From positions 2,249 to 66,248 of IMG/VR virus record IMGVR_UViG_3300027886_000005: a stretch of DNA of 64,000 nucleotides; one strand, given 5' to 3'. The translations under genes were made by a program, and so were the position numbers. This DNA is from a virus (lineage: Duplodnaviria; Caudoviricetes). The notes below the pieces were generated by a model, which saw nothing but the letters and a program-made list of their open reading frames with translations, ran no database searches and was not told the DNA's origin. Numbering within the stretch: position 1 is the first letter of the stretch; the number at the start of each line of letters is the position of its first letter. Below, in pieces: positions 27,507 to 37,062 of the stretch.

Positions 27507-27695
27507 ATGCAGCACACCTACCGCGCCGCCATCTGGACCTCCGCCGACCGCCAGGCCCAGCTTCGCCTCACCGATGAGTCTCAGCAACACCTCTCCGACG
27601 AAGCCTTGCTCAAGGCCGCCGAGATCGAGGCCGCCAGCGTCAACCTGTGGCGCGAGGACGGCGACTCCATCATCGTCGACATGTGGAGTGAGTAG
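27507..27695 (+). CDS. Small hypothetical protein
   Basis: Leaderless start behind the promoter. Confidence 0.6.
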   Translation: MQHTYRAAIWTSADRQAQLRLTDESQQHLSDEALLKAAEIEAASVNLWREDGDSIIVDMWSE

Positions 27696-27697
27696 CC

Positions 27698-27895
27698 ATG
27701 ACCAAGCAACCCCCGCCCCTCACCGACCGCGCCATGGACTACATCCGACTCAACGCCCCAGTCAGCATCGCCGACGTGTGCGGCGCCATCTCCCGCGGCA
27801 ACAGCTGGAAGCCGGCGGAGAACGCCGTGGCGAAGCTCTGGACCGCCCAGCGCATCGTCGTTCGCGACAACGTCATCACCATCCCGGAGACCTGA
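27698..27895 (+). CDS. Small protein, possible winged HTH
   Basis: AMDYIRLNAPVSIADVCGAI pattern. Confidence 0.55.
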   Translation: MTKQPPPLTDRAMDYIRLNAPVSIADVCGAISRGNSWKPAENAVAKLWTAQRIVVRDNVITIPET

Positions 27896-27898
27896 GCC

Positions 27899-28153
27899 AT
27901 GACCGCCGAACACGACACCGACGACCTCGACTTCGCGATGCTCACCCCGCCGACCCGCCCTGGCCCCTGCGAGGCCGCCACCGCGCCAGAGGTTGACCCG
28001 GTCGAGAAGCGGCTGGAACAAGCGCAGATGAAAGCAGCGTTCATTCGCCCCATTGAGATGACGCAGGCAGACGTGGCCCGTCGTGCCGCAAGCTCACTCG
28101 GCAAGCCGCTGACCATCGAAGTCCGCCACGGCAGCGGAAAGGTCAAGGTCTGA
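27899..28153 (+). CDS. Small hypothetical protein
   Basis: Member of a compact operon. Confidence 0.55.
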   Translation: MTAEHDTDDLDFAMLTPPTRPGPCEAATAPEVDPVEKRLEQAQMKAAFIRPIEMTQADVARRAASSLGKPLTIEVRHGSGKVKV

Positions 28154-28156
28154 GCC

Positions 28157-28453
28157 ATGGAACGACTCGTCAATGTCTACATCGGGCCCTCGTGCCCAGA
28201 GTTCACCACCAAGGCAACCGCCATCAAGCCGGGCATGGAATGCACTATTGCGCATCCTAATGACCGATATGCGGCGACCGTAAAGGATGTCGCGCCGAGC
28301 GGCGCATACGTGATCGTCGAGCGGAATGGAGAGCGGCGCAAGTTCACGTGGCGCAAGGGCCGATCTGACGTAGGCCACTTCGCTCAGCCCGGTTCGTGGT
28401 CGCCGACCCTGATCCTCGGCGTCGCAGAGGACTACCTGTCTCCCGACATCTGA
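28157..28453 (+). CDS. Small hypothetical protein
   Basis: Member of a compact operon; ends EDYLSPDI. Confidence 0.6.
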   Translation: MERLVNVYIGPSCPEFTTKATAIKPGMECTIAHPNDRYAATVKDVAPSGAYVIVERNGERRKFTWRKGRSDVGHFAQPGSWSPTLILGVAEDYLSPDI

Positions 28454-28470
28454 GCGATTACCCTCGCCGC

Positions 28471-30411
28471 GTGCCCGACACGCGCCCCGCCCGACCCGGC
28501 CTCCTCGCCACGCTCGCCGAGGGGGCCGCTCGCGTCTTGGGCGTGCGGTTTGACGGCGGGCCGGTGCAGGCCGTGGTCCCGTCCGCAGAGGCCCGCTCCG
28601 TCATGGACTGCGGTCCTGGTGGCGGATGTGGAGGGCCACCGGTCGGATGGGGCGGTTCGCCCCAAGTAGCGATCACGCCGAGCCTCGACCGCGCCACCAT
28701 CGACGACCTGTACTCCGACCAACTGATGCGCCGGATCGTCCGGCTCATCGTCGACGACGCGATGGGCGTGCGCCCGAGCCTCGCCGGGGACGCCGGGGAG
28801 CAGTCGTCGACGATCGGCTGGATCGAGGGCCGCGGAGGCTGGGACGAGGCCGAGCGGGCCATGATCTACGCCCGACAGTACGGCGGCGGCGGGGTCGTGT
28901 GCATCGTCGACGACGGCCGCCCAGCCGACCAGGAGGTCGACCTTGCCGCCTGCCGGGACGTCGTCGGCTACTACGCGCTGCCGAAGTGGTACCTCGTGCC
29001 TGACGGCGTCGGCTCGGGCCGCGTCTCCGCTGGTTGGTACGGACCCCGCGTGGGCCGGCCAGAGCACTACTTCGTCACCCCGGTGACCGCGCTCGGTTCC
29101 GACGCCGGGCTCTCCTCGCTGCCGCCCGACCAGCGCGAGGCGGCGGAGGCGGCCCACCCGCGCCGCATGCCGCGGGACCTGCGGCGGATCCTGAACAAGA
29201 GCGGCTACCGCTTCCACCGGAGCCGCGTCATCGCGTGGCCCTACGTCGACGAGATGGACCTGAGGCTGGCCCGTTGGTTCCCCCAGTGGAACGGCTGGGG
29301 ACCTGGCGTGGTCGAGGCCGTGCTCGCCCCGTTTCTGGCCCGTCGCCAGGGCGCCCTGCGCATCTCGGCCATCATGCGCAGCGTGGTGGTCAACACGATG
29401 GAGATCACGAACCTGGAGCACCGGCAGACGACGCCCGACCTGGGCGCCGCCCTGCGGAACGCGCTCGAGTTCGTGAAGTGGTGCCGGGACTACACCGACG
29501 ACTCGGTGCCGCTCATCGCCCACGACAAGAACGCGAAGTTCGGCAGCCTCACGCACCAACTGGGCGGCATCGACAAGCTGGTCGAGGCGCAGCGCCAGTA
29601 CCTCCTTGACGTGGTCGAGTACCCGGCGGTGGTGCTGTTCGGCGACTCGGTCGGCGGCATGAACGGCGGCGACCGGGCCGGCGAGCACCGGTCGTACGCG
29701 GCCCGCGTCCGCTCCTTCCAGAACCGGTGGGTGTGGACCGCCGGGTCGTTCGGCGGCGGGTTGCGCCAGATGGTGCTGCAGGCCCAGGCGTGCCGGCGCG
29801 GGCCCACCGGCGGCCGCATGGACCCGACCGTCCAGGCGACGTGGCCGTCGATCCTGAGCGAGTCCGAGGACGACCGGGTGAGCCGGCGCCTGAAGAACGC
29901 CCAGGCCCGCGCGCAGGACCGCGTCGCCCTGGGCCTCACCGCGGCGGCGTTGCGCCGGTTCGACCCGACCGTGCGCGAGGACTACCCTGGCCTCGACGTG
30001 GACGAGGGTCCGCTGCCGACGATCTCCGCGGCGACGCCTGGAGAGGCGGCCCCGCGCGGGTCGGTGCCGGCGGTCGAGCCGGACGGGGCCGACGTGACCG
30101 CCACGACCCCGGCGGCGGCCAACGAGGCGATCGTCGAGGGGGAGGGGTCTGGCCCCGCCACAGGCCCGGCCACCGACGCGCCGGAGCGGATGGTCCTCCC
30201 AGACGACGTGCACACCGAGTCGGAGATCGCCGCGGCGATGAAGATGACCCGCCAGGCCCTGCGCCGGATCATCGCCGAGACCGGCGTGGTCCCGGTCGTG
30301 AGGAGCCCTCCGGGCGCCCGCGGCGGGGACCGCTACAGCCTCGGCGAGGTCATGGCGGCCTTCCAGGCCCAGGCGACGCGACGGGCCGACGCGATGCGAC
30401 GGGGCTACTGA
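28471..30411 (+). CDS. Portal protein (DUF1073-like) with a C-terminal HTH extension
   Basis: IDDLYSDQLMRRIVRLIVDDAM, ARQYGGGGVV, YPAVVLFG; position before the protease; TACCCT-6nt-GTG. Confidence 0.8.
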   Translation: MPDTRPARPGLLATLAEGAARVLGVRFDGGPVQAVVPSAEARSVMDCGPGGGCGGPPVGWGGSPQVAITPSLDRATIDDLYSDQLMRRIVRLIVDDAMGVRPSLAGDAGEQSSTIGWIEGRGGWDEAERAMIYARQYGGGGVVCIVDDGRPADQEVDLAACRDVVGYYALPKWYLVPDGVGSGRVSAGWYGPRVGRPEHYFVTPVTALGSDAGLSSLPPDQREAAEAAHPRRMPRDLRRILNKSGYRFHRSRVIAWPYVDEMDLRLARWFPQWNGWGPGVVEAVLAPFLARRQGALRISAIMRSVVVNTMEITNLEHRQTTPDLGAALRNALEFVKWCRDYTDDSVPLIAHDKNAKFGSLTHQLGGIDKLVEAQRQYLLDVVEYPAVVLFGDSVGGMNGGDRAGEHRSYAARVRSFQNRWVWTAGSFGGGLRQMVLQAQACRRGPTGGRMDPTVQATWPSILSESEDDRVSRRLKNAQARAQDRVALGLTAAALRRFDPTVREDYPGLDVDEGPLPTISAATPGEAAPRGSVPAVEPDGADVTATTPAAANEAIVEGEGSGPATGPATDAPERMVLPDDVHTESEIAAAMKMTRQALRRIIAETGVVPVVRSPPGARGGDRYSLGEVMAAFQAQATRRADAMRRGY

Positions 30412-30710
30412 CGCATCGACACCTCGACCGCGATCAGTTCCCGCAGCCTGCGTGCCCACGCTAGCATCGCCTCGAACGTGGGCGAATAGGTGAAGTAGAA
30501 GCCGACCGGCGTCGACGGGTAGACCTGCAGCCACCACACGTGCCCAGAGGCGCGGCACGCCTCGATCTCGGCCTTCTCATCGGCGGTCCAGCCACGGGAG
30601 TCGAGCTCAACATCGGCCCACTGATCGATGGTTTGGTAGCTCCCGGCGTGGTGGTCGTATTCGAGTGACCATTGGAGGGTGCCATCGAGGAGTCGTACGA
30701 GTTCGTCCAT
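30405..30710 (-). CDS. Inserted hypothetical gene (antisense)
   Basis: TGC-TAACAT-6nt-ATG. Confidence 0.6.
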   Translation of the reverse strand: MDELVRLLDGTLQWSLEYDHHAGSYQTIDQWADVELDSRGWTADEKAEIEACRASGHVWWLQVYPSTPVGFYFTYSPTFEAMLAWARRLRELIAVEVSMRQ

Positions 30711-30748
30711 GCCGGCATGTTAGCACGTGCCCCGCCTACCCTCTCCAC

Positions 30749-32428
30749 GTGGCGATGAGGACAGACGCCGGCGCGGTCCGACTGGGCGCGACGCCGATCG
30801 AGGTCAGGCCCGGTGGCTACAAGGTGTACCGCGGCGTCGCCACCTACGGCGACGTGGTCCTCGAGTACCCCGAGGACGGCTGGAACGAGTTCGTCCCGGC
30901 GAGCACCGCCCTCGACCCGGAGACCGTGCGCCTCACCGAGGGCGTCCCGCTGACGCTCCTGCACCCCGGCGAACTGCTCGACGCCGAGGACGAGGAGGCG
31001 ATCAAGGAGCACACCGAGGGCATGGTTCTGCGGGCCCTCGCCGACATGAAGGCCACCCCACCGGAGATGGTCGTCGACGTCATCGTCTACACCGCCTCGG
31101 CCCAGCAGGCGATCGAGTCGGGCCGGATCCGCGACCTGTCCCTCGGGTACGACCGGCAGGCGGAGGACCGCGCCGGCGTGCACCTTGGCAAACGCTACCA
31201 GAAGGTCCAGACCCGGCGGCGCCCGAACCACCTATCCGCGGTGCACACCGCCAGGTCGACGACCCCGGACGGCAGGCGGGCGCGTCTCGACGCGGTGGCT
31301 CCGGTGCCCGCCCACAAGATGGTCGCGGGGGAGCGGCGCTCCGTCCTGGGGCACCCGCTCGCGCCCGCATGGGCCGCCGTGCGCCGCATGGACGGACTCC
31401 GCCCGGGGCCCGCCGACCACCCGGCGTCGCGTGCCGTCGTCCACCCGTACCAGGCCGCTGACGTCCCCACCTGGCGTGGGTGGTCCGAGCCCGGCGACCG
31501 GTCGTGGGTGGCCTTCTGGCCGCGCGACGCGTCCGCTCCGGGCCTCCTCTTCACCCGCCGCTCGCCCACCGGCGCAGTGCTCGGCTCCGCCGTGACGCTG
31601 CCGGCGCGCCCCTACGCTCACGGAGACACCATGGAAGACGACCTGACGTTCGAGCCCTCCACCACCACCGATCGAGCCGACGCCGACGTCACGGTCGAGG
31701 CCGAGGCTCCGACCGACGACCCGGCCGCCGCCGCGCTGGCCGCGTTCTCCCCTGAGGCGGTCGAGGTCCTCAAGACGCTGCCCGAGGAGGACATGCTCGT
31801 GCTCAAGCGGCTGGTCCTGGGCGCCGAGGGAGAGGCCGCCGAGGAGGCCGTCATCGCGGCGGGCTCCGGCGACCTCCCGTCCGTCGAGGCCGAGGAGGTC
31901 GACGACGCGACCGTCCCCGCCGCCGCGCAGGCGCTCACCATGGACGCAGTGCAGCGGATGATCGCCGACGCGATCGCGGCCGCCGGCAAGAAGATGGACG
32001 CCGAGCCGCCCCGGCCCGCGACCGCGGCCGTCCCCGCCACCCGGCCCCCCGAGCCCAGGGCCGACGCCGCCGAGGTCGCCCGCCGCGCGGCCGCCATCGT
32101 CCAGGCCGACCAGGTCGTCGTCAGCCGGGTCCGCGCCGCCGGGCACCGCTGCGACTCCGTCAAGGAGGCCAACGAGGCCGCGCTCGCCGTCATCAAGACG
32201 CACGCGCCTAAGTCCCTCGCCGTCGCCGAGCGGGCCCTCCGCGAGGGACGCCGCGACGACTTCGTCGCCCTGTTCGACTCCGCCGAGGAGTCCCGCCGCG
32301 GCGACCTGCTCGAGGAGCAGTTCCTCGTCGTGGGCGCCGCCCAGCGCGGGATCGCCGACCAGCGACTCGGAGCCCCCACCACCATCACCGGTTTCTCGGC
32401 CCCCGACCGCGCCGTCGTGGGCGACTAG
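30749..32428 (+). CDS. Prohead protease/scaffold (DUF2213-like)
   Basis: GVATYGDVVLEY, GVPLTLLHP, IRDLSLGY, PNHLSAV..AR..RARLD; acidic helical C-terminus. Confidence 0.8.
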   Translation: MAMRTDAGAVRLGATPIEVRPGGYKVYRGVATYGDVVLEYPEDGWNEFVPASTALDPETVRLTEGVPLTLLHPGELLDAEDEEAIKEHTEGMVLRALADMKATPPEMVVDVIVYTASAQQAIESGRIRDLSLGYDRQAEDRAGVHLGKRYQKVQTRRRPNHLSAVHTARSTTPDGRRARLDAVAPVPAHKMVAGERRSVLGHPLAPAWAAVRRMDGLRPGPADHPASRAVVHPYQAADVPTWRGWSEPGDRSWVAFWPRDASAPGLLFTRRSPTGAVLGSAVTLPARPYAHGDTMEDDLTFEPSTTTDRADADVTVEAEAPTDDPAAAALAAFSPEAVEVLKTLPEEDMLVLKRLVLGAEGEAAEEAVIAAGSGDLPSVEAEEVDDATVPAAAQALTMDAVQRMIADAIAAAGKKMDAEPPRPATAAVPATRPPEPRADAAEVARRAAAIVQADQVVVSRVRAAGHRCDSVKEANEAALAVIKTHAPKSLAVAERALREGRRDDFVALFDSAEESRRGDLLEEQFLVVGAAQRGIADQRLGAPTTITGFSAPDRAVVGD

Positions 32429-32475
32429 CGACAGGCCGCCGCCAGCCAGCAGCCCAGCCCCGGAGCACCCCAGCC

Positions 32476-33414
32476 ATGTCCCAGACCAGCACCTTCCGCT
32501 TCAACTTCCGCAGCGCGCCGGGCCAGATCGTCACCCCGATCGGCGGCCCCCGCGAGACCGAGTCCTGCTACTCGCCGTACGCGCCGCAGCAGCTGACCAT
32601 CACGCTCGCCGGCGCCGACCCGTTCGCCGCCGAGGCCGACCTCACGATCACCTTCCCCCTGCAGGACGGGTCGGGCCTGTCTGGCACCGTGGGCCCGGTG
32701 ACGATCGCGCTGGGCCAGACGCTCGCGCAGGCGGCGGCGACGGTCGCCGCGGCCTGGAACGCCAGCCCGCAGGCGAGCCAGCTCTACACCGCGACCTCGG
32801 CGCTCGGCGTCATCACGCTGGTGGGCCGCTCGCACAACCTGAGCATCCTGCCCGCCGCGATCGTCGGAACCTTCACCGACGCCCACACCGCGACCACGGC
32901 GCAGGCCGTCGCCGCCGCGGCCCCGTCGATCGTCATGGGCCGCTTCTACCAGCGTGGCACGATCACGCAGCCGCTCGCCATCTCCGGCACCCCGCGCGGC
33001 GCCAAGCCGGCCGCGGCCCTCACCAGCGCGACGACCATTGACCTGATCCGCGGCGTCGTCGGCCGCGAGGTCAACTCGACCATGCTGAACCTGCCGAACT
33101 CGCCGACCGACTGGGACTCGTACCCGGCGGGGCAGGTCTGGCCGGGCCTCCTCCGCGGCCAGGCGTACGTCCAGGTCGACCCGGCGTCGGGCAGCATGAC
33201 CGAGGCGAGCGAGGTGTACGTGGTCATCGCCGCCGGCGCCTACTCGCTGATCGGGGCCGTCGCCAGCGCGGCCGACGGCGCGAACACGGTCCGGATCGAC
33301 AACGCCCCCGCCGGAAACATCCTCGCCAGCGTCGTCAGCGTCGAGGAGAACCTGCAGCCCTTCACCACCTCCTCCGGCCGGTTCGTCCTCCTGAAGGTCA
33401 ACCGCACCAACTAG
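32476..33414 (+). CDS. Capsid decoration/cement protein
   Basis: Between the protease and the MCP; LLRGQAYVQV motif. Confidence 0.7.
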   Translation: MSQTSTFRFNFRSAPGQIVTPIGGPRETESCYSPYAPQQLTITLAGADPFAAEADLTITFPLQDGSGLSGTVGPVTIALGQTLAQAAATVAAAWNASPQASQLYTATSALGVITLVGRSHNLSILPAAIVGTFTDAHTATTAQAVAAAAPSIVMGRFYQRGTITQPLAISGTPRGAKPAAALTSATTIDLIRGVVGREVNSTMLNLPNSPTDWDSYPAGQVWPGLLRGQAYVQVDPASGSMTEASEVYVVIAAGAYSLIGAVASAADGANTVRIDNAPAGNILASVVSVEENLQPFTTSSGRFVLLKVNRTN

Positions 33415-33472
33415 CCCGGCCACGCCCGCGCACCAGCCCCGACAAACCCACCAGAGACAGGACCACACGGAC

Positions 33473-34798
33473 ATGTCCATCACGCAGCACCTCATCGGGC
33501 AGGCCCGCAACAGTGGCCTCCACGTCCCCGGCGTCGGCCGGGCCCTCACCGCGACCAGCGAGTACCAGCAGGTCGCCGGCCGCATGCAGACCCGCGGCGG
33601 CTGGCAGCGCGACCTCCTCGCCAAGAAGAGCCTCGCCGGCCTGCGCCTCGACTCGGCGAGCAAGACCCCGCGCAACGACGCGTTCGCCGGCGCCCACGCG
33701 CTCGAGTGGGCGCAGTACCTCGCGGGCCGGTTCGGCGGCAGCGTGCGCGACCACCTGGACGGCGGCCGCCACTACGCGATGTCGTACATGACCCAGCTCC
33801 ATGGCGAGCCGGGCACGTCGTACCGCGCCGACGCCACGATCCCGATGGCCTCGCAGGGCCTCACGTACATCATCCCGGAGGTCTACCGGATCCAACACGT
33901 CGAGCTCCCGTTCTGGGAGGAGAAGGTCCTGCGGACCTACCGCGGGATCGACCCGGCCGCGAACAACTACGTCTGGTACGAGACCGACAACGTCGGCGTC
34001 GCCCGGGCCTCGTCGTCGTACGACGTGACCACGATCCCGATGGTCAACGGTCCGATCGCCAGCGACAACATGGGGAACATCATCCCCGCGCTCGTCGGCT
34101 ACGAGACGAACTTCATGGACCCCCGCAGGGAGTCCATGGGCGTCCGCATGGGCAAGCCGGACTTCCAGATCGAGGTCATGAAGCGCGAGGCGGCCGAACG
34201 CGCCCTCGCGGAGTTCTTCGACAACCTCTGGTTCGGCGGCGACGTCGGCCACGGGATCGACGGGCTGATGGCCAACCCGATCGTGCAGACGCTCTCGCTC
34301 CCCGGCGGCACGTGGGCGAGCAAGACGGCGCTGCAGGTCCTCGACGACCTCAAGACGATGGTCTGGGCGATCGCCAACCGCACCCAGGGCGGCCTGCGAG
34401 ACCTCAGCAAGGTCACGCTGTGGCTGCCCCCGGACCAGTACCAGCTACTCATCGAGCCCCAGACCGCGGCGGGCTCGGCGAGCATCATGGAGTACTTCAT
34501 GGAGTTCTTCCGGCAGTCTGGGAACGGCGTCCCGAAGGTCGAGATGGAGTACCGCCTCAAGGCGTCGAACTCGTACGCCTACAACGGCGGCCCGAACATC
34601 CTCGCCGAGGACACGGCCCTCATCGTGTACCAGGAGGGCAACCAGGAGCGCGACCCGACGTTCGTCCTGAGCCAGCCGATCGAGGTTCCGGCGCCCGTGC
34701 GGACGACCGGCGTCGGCGACGTGACGTACTTCCACGCCCGCGGCGGCGGCCTGCGCCTCCCGGACGCGCGCCGGCTGATCTACGTCGTCGGCATCTGA
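33473..34798 (+). CDS. Major capsid protein (DUF2184-like) with an N-terminal extension
   Basis: LTYIIPEVY, ETDNVGVAR, WFGGDVGHGIDGLMANP, GGLRL..ARRLIYVVGI. Confidence 0.85.
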   Translation: MSITQHLIGQARNSGLHVPGVGRALTATSEYQQVAGRMQTRGGWQRDLLAKKSLAGLRLDSASKTPRNDAFAGAHALEWAQYLAGRFGGSVRDHLDGGRHYAMSYMTQLHGEPGTSYRADATIPMASQGLTYIIPEVYRIQHVELPFWEEKVLRTYRGIDPAANNYVWYETDNVGVARASSSYDVTTIPMVNGPIASDNMGNIIPALVGYETNFMDPRRESMGVRMGKPDFQIEVMKREAAERALAEFFDNLWFGGDVGHGIDGLMANPIVQTLSLPGGTWASKTALQVLDDLKTMVWAIANRTQGGLRDLSKVTLWLPPDQYQLLIEPQTAAGSASIMEYFMEFFRQSGNGVPKVEMEYRLKASNSYAYNGGPNILAEDTALIVYQEGNQERDPTFVLSQPIEVPAPVRTTGVGDVTYFHARGGGLRLPDARRLIYVVGI

Positions 34799-34828
34799 CG
34801 CCGCGTGCTACAGTTCGAATGACCGCAT

Positions 34829-34927
34829 GCGCCCGATGGTGAAATCGGTACACACACGACCCCTGACGCGCGGTCTCGGCTTCCTTCGGGAATGACCGGG
34901 TGCGGGTTCGACTCCCGCAGAGGCGCA
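34829..34927 (+). tRNA. Atypical type-II tRNA-like RNA; anticodon cannot be assigned
   Basis: T-arm GCGGG-TTCGACT-CCCGC, D-arm GTG-AAATCGGTACA-CAC, long variable arm with a UUCG hairpin, partly mismatched acceptor GCGCC/GGCGC. Confidence 0.6.
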
Positions 34928-34932
34928 TGTGA

Positions 34933-34966
34933 CCCGCCCGCCAGCGATGGCACGGCGGGTTTCTTC
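34933..34966 (+). terminator. Rho-independent terminator after the tRNA-like RNA
   Basis: CCCGCC..GCCA-gcga-TGGC..GGCGGG followed by TTTCTT. Confidence 0.6.
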
Positions 34967-35112
34967 GTGCGCGTCATGCCACAATGCAATCATGAAGCGA
35001 ACTCGTCGACCAATTGGAAGTCCCAGCCGCATCCACCACGTGATCATCCAGGACGCCCGAGTGTTGGTCGGGCCCCACATGGCTCCGCTCGCGGGCTTCG
35101 GTCCAGTGGCCG

Positions 35113-35874
35113 ATGAACCATGCGACGCCCACGCTCGCCAGGATGCCCCAGGCCGAGAAGACCCCGCCGCCGACTGACACCACCCACGCCGACCCGTTCG
35201 CCTGGGACCCCGACCCGCTCGTGCTCGTCAGCCGGCGCCCGCGGATCCTCTACTTCCCCCGCGTGCTCGCCCAACGCGAGGCCACCGACCGGGACTACCA
35301 GCAGTGGCGCGAACCGGGGTCCACCGCTCTCCACCGGCAAGAGGAGCAGATGGCCGTGGGCGCCGGCGTCACCTTCCTGGGCTGCTACACGACCTCCTGG
35401 GCCGACCTGGAGACCGCCAGGGGGCATGCGACCGCCGTCCCGAATTCGGTTAAGATGATCCTGGTCGAGCCGTTTACGCGGGCCCACGACCTCATTGCTC
35501 GCAACAACAGGGACCCGTCGTCGGGACGCCTCATCCCGACGGGGGTGCAGGCCGTCTACCACCGGATCCTTCGGCACCACCAGCGGGAGGCGCAGGACGG
35601 CCGCTGCGGCGCGCTCAACCCCTGGGCCACGCAGGACGGCTTCGACGCGCCCGAGCTGCAGATGCTCCGCCTGTCCGAGGTCTTCTCGCAGCGCACCGAG
35701 GCCGGACAGCACGCCCACGCGACGGTGACGACGACGATCAAGTACCTCCGGCGCAACCCCCACGAGAGCGTGACTCCGCTCGGCGCCCTGCACGACTACG
35801 CGATCCGGAGCCGCGCCGGGGCGGCGGTGCTCGAGGAGTGCCGGCGCTGGGCCGTGGCCAAGAAGATCGGGTAA
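35113..35874 (+). CDS. Hypothetical protein in the head module
   Basis: Globular ORF; start uncertain. Confidence 0.55.
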   Translation: MNHATPTLARMPQAEKTPPPTDTTHADPFAWDPDPLVLVSRRPRILYFPRVLAQREATDRDYQQWREPGSTALHRQEEQMAVGAGVTFLGCYTTSWADLETARGHATAVPNSVKMILVEPFTRAHDLIARNNRDPSSGRLIPTGVQAVYHRILRHHQREAQDGRCGALNPWATQDGFDAPELQMLRLSEVFSQRTEAGQHAHATVTTTIKYLRRNPHESVTPLGALHDYAIRSRAGAAVLEECRRWAVAKKIG

Positions 35875-35919
35875 CCACGGGATCGATCGGCCGCGAGAGA
35901 CGACAAATAGGAGACACAC

Positions 35920-36159
35920 ATGACCCCGACCATCGGACGAATCGTTCACTTCCATCCCCAAGTCGCCAGCGTCGATGTAGATCCCGACACGAGCCCACTT
36001 CCCGTGCTCACCTACGCGGCCATCGTCGTCGGCGTGAGCGACGGCGGTGAGATCGTCTTGCTCGTGCTGCCACCGCTCGCCGAGCCGTGGCACTGTACGT
36101 ACGCCAAGTTCTCCGAGACGCCCGAGTCGGGCTGTTGGACCTGGCCGCCGCGCGCCTGA
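35920..36159 (+). CDS. Small conserved phage protein (PTIGRIVH...WTWPPR type)
   Basis: GGAG RBS; recognisable phage motif. Confidence 0.65.
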   Translation: MTPTIGRIVHFHPQVASVDVDPDTSPLPVLTYAAIVVGVSDGGEIVLLVLPPLAEPWHCTYAKFSETPESGCWTWPPRA

Positions 36160-36172
36160 GTACCCTCGCCCC

Positions 36173-36877
36173 GTGACCTGCACGCCCGCCGACGACGCCT
36201 ACCTGACCACCGCGTGGCCCGGCGTCGTCGCGCGCACCGGCGAGCGCTGGCTCGTCGTCGTCGACCCGAACCTCGTCGCGTCCGGGACGTACACGGTGAC
36301 GATGGCCGGGCTCCCCTTCCAGTACCTCGCCGCGGTCCCGCCCGACTCGGCGCCGACCGTCGTCGCCGGCCTCCTCTCCCCGCTGTCCCTGCAGATGCTC
36401 GCCGCCGCCTCGCCACAGGGCCTCTACGGGATCCTGCTGCAGGAGGTCCCGCCGGCCCCGCCAGCGCAGCCGGCCGGGCTGGCGGTCACGGTGGACGGCC
36501 CCGTCGCGGACAGCATCACGGCGACGCTGGTGAGCGGCGGGGACGGCAACGAGGCCGCGCGCCTGTTCTGGCTCGACGCGGTCCTCTGCTCCATGCCCCC
36601 GTGCTGCGCGGTGACGTGCAAGGCCGACTGGACGGCCATGCACGCGGCCATCGCGGCGCACTGGATCTACTCGACGATGCCGCATAACGTCGGGTCGACC
36701 GGCGGCGGGGCCAACGACTTCGAGCGCATGCGGCTCGGCCCCGCCGAACTCTCCCGCGGGATGAACGCCTGGGGCGCCGGCGGCAACTCGGCGGACGGCG
36801 ACCTGGCGAAAACGGTGCCGGGCCAGTACTTCCTGAGCCTGCGGGCGAAGTACATCTTCCCGTTCCGGTGCGTGTGA
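36173..36877 (+). CDS. Head-tail adaptor (DUF4054-like C-terminus)
   Basis: AAIAAHWIY...LAKTVPGQYFLSLR; TACCCT-6nt-GTG. Confidence 0.65.
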   Translation: MTCTPADDAYLTTAWPGVVARTGERWLVVVDPNLVASGTYTVTMAGLPFQYLAAVPPDSAPTVVAGLLSPLSLQMLAAASPQGLYGILLQEVPPAPPAQPAGLAVTVDGPVADSITATLVSGGDGNEAARLFWLDAVLCSMPPCCAVTCKADWTAMHAAIAAHWIYSTMPHNVGSTGGGANDFERMRLGPAELSRGMNAWGAGGNSADGDLAKTVPGQYFLSLRAKYIFPFRCV

Positions 36878-36894
36878 CCTGCTACCATGTCCCA

Positions 36895-37062
36895 ATGCGA
36901 CCCATCGACCCCAAAGAAGTACGCCTCGCCTGGCAATTCGTGACCAACCATCTCCTGAACGAGATGAGCGCCGGCGAGCCAGAAGGCCGGGCCGCCCTCG
37001 ACACCATGGAGCACGCGGTCGGCGTGCTGCTCGGCATGTTCCCGGAGGACGACGGGGAGTGA
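36895..37062 (+). CDS. Inserted small gene
   Basis: TGC-TACCAT-6nt-ATG. Confidence 0.55.
   Translation: MRPIDPKEVRLAWQFVTNHLLNEMSAGEPEGRAALDTMEHAVGVLLGMFPEDDGE

Noticed and set aside
28471-30411. Anti-CBASS Acb1 label sometimes attached to this family
   Set aside because: Size and position between terminase and protease indicate a portal; no HxT phosphoesterase motifs were recognised
34862-34870. Ser(UGA) or UGA-suppressor assignment for the tRNA-like RNA
   Set aside because: TGA does not sit in a paired 7-nt loop and there is no TCA anticodon
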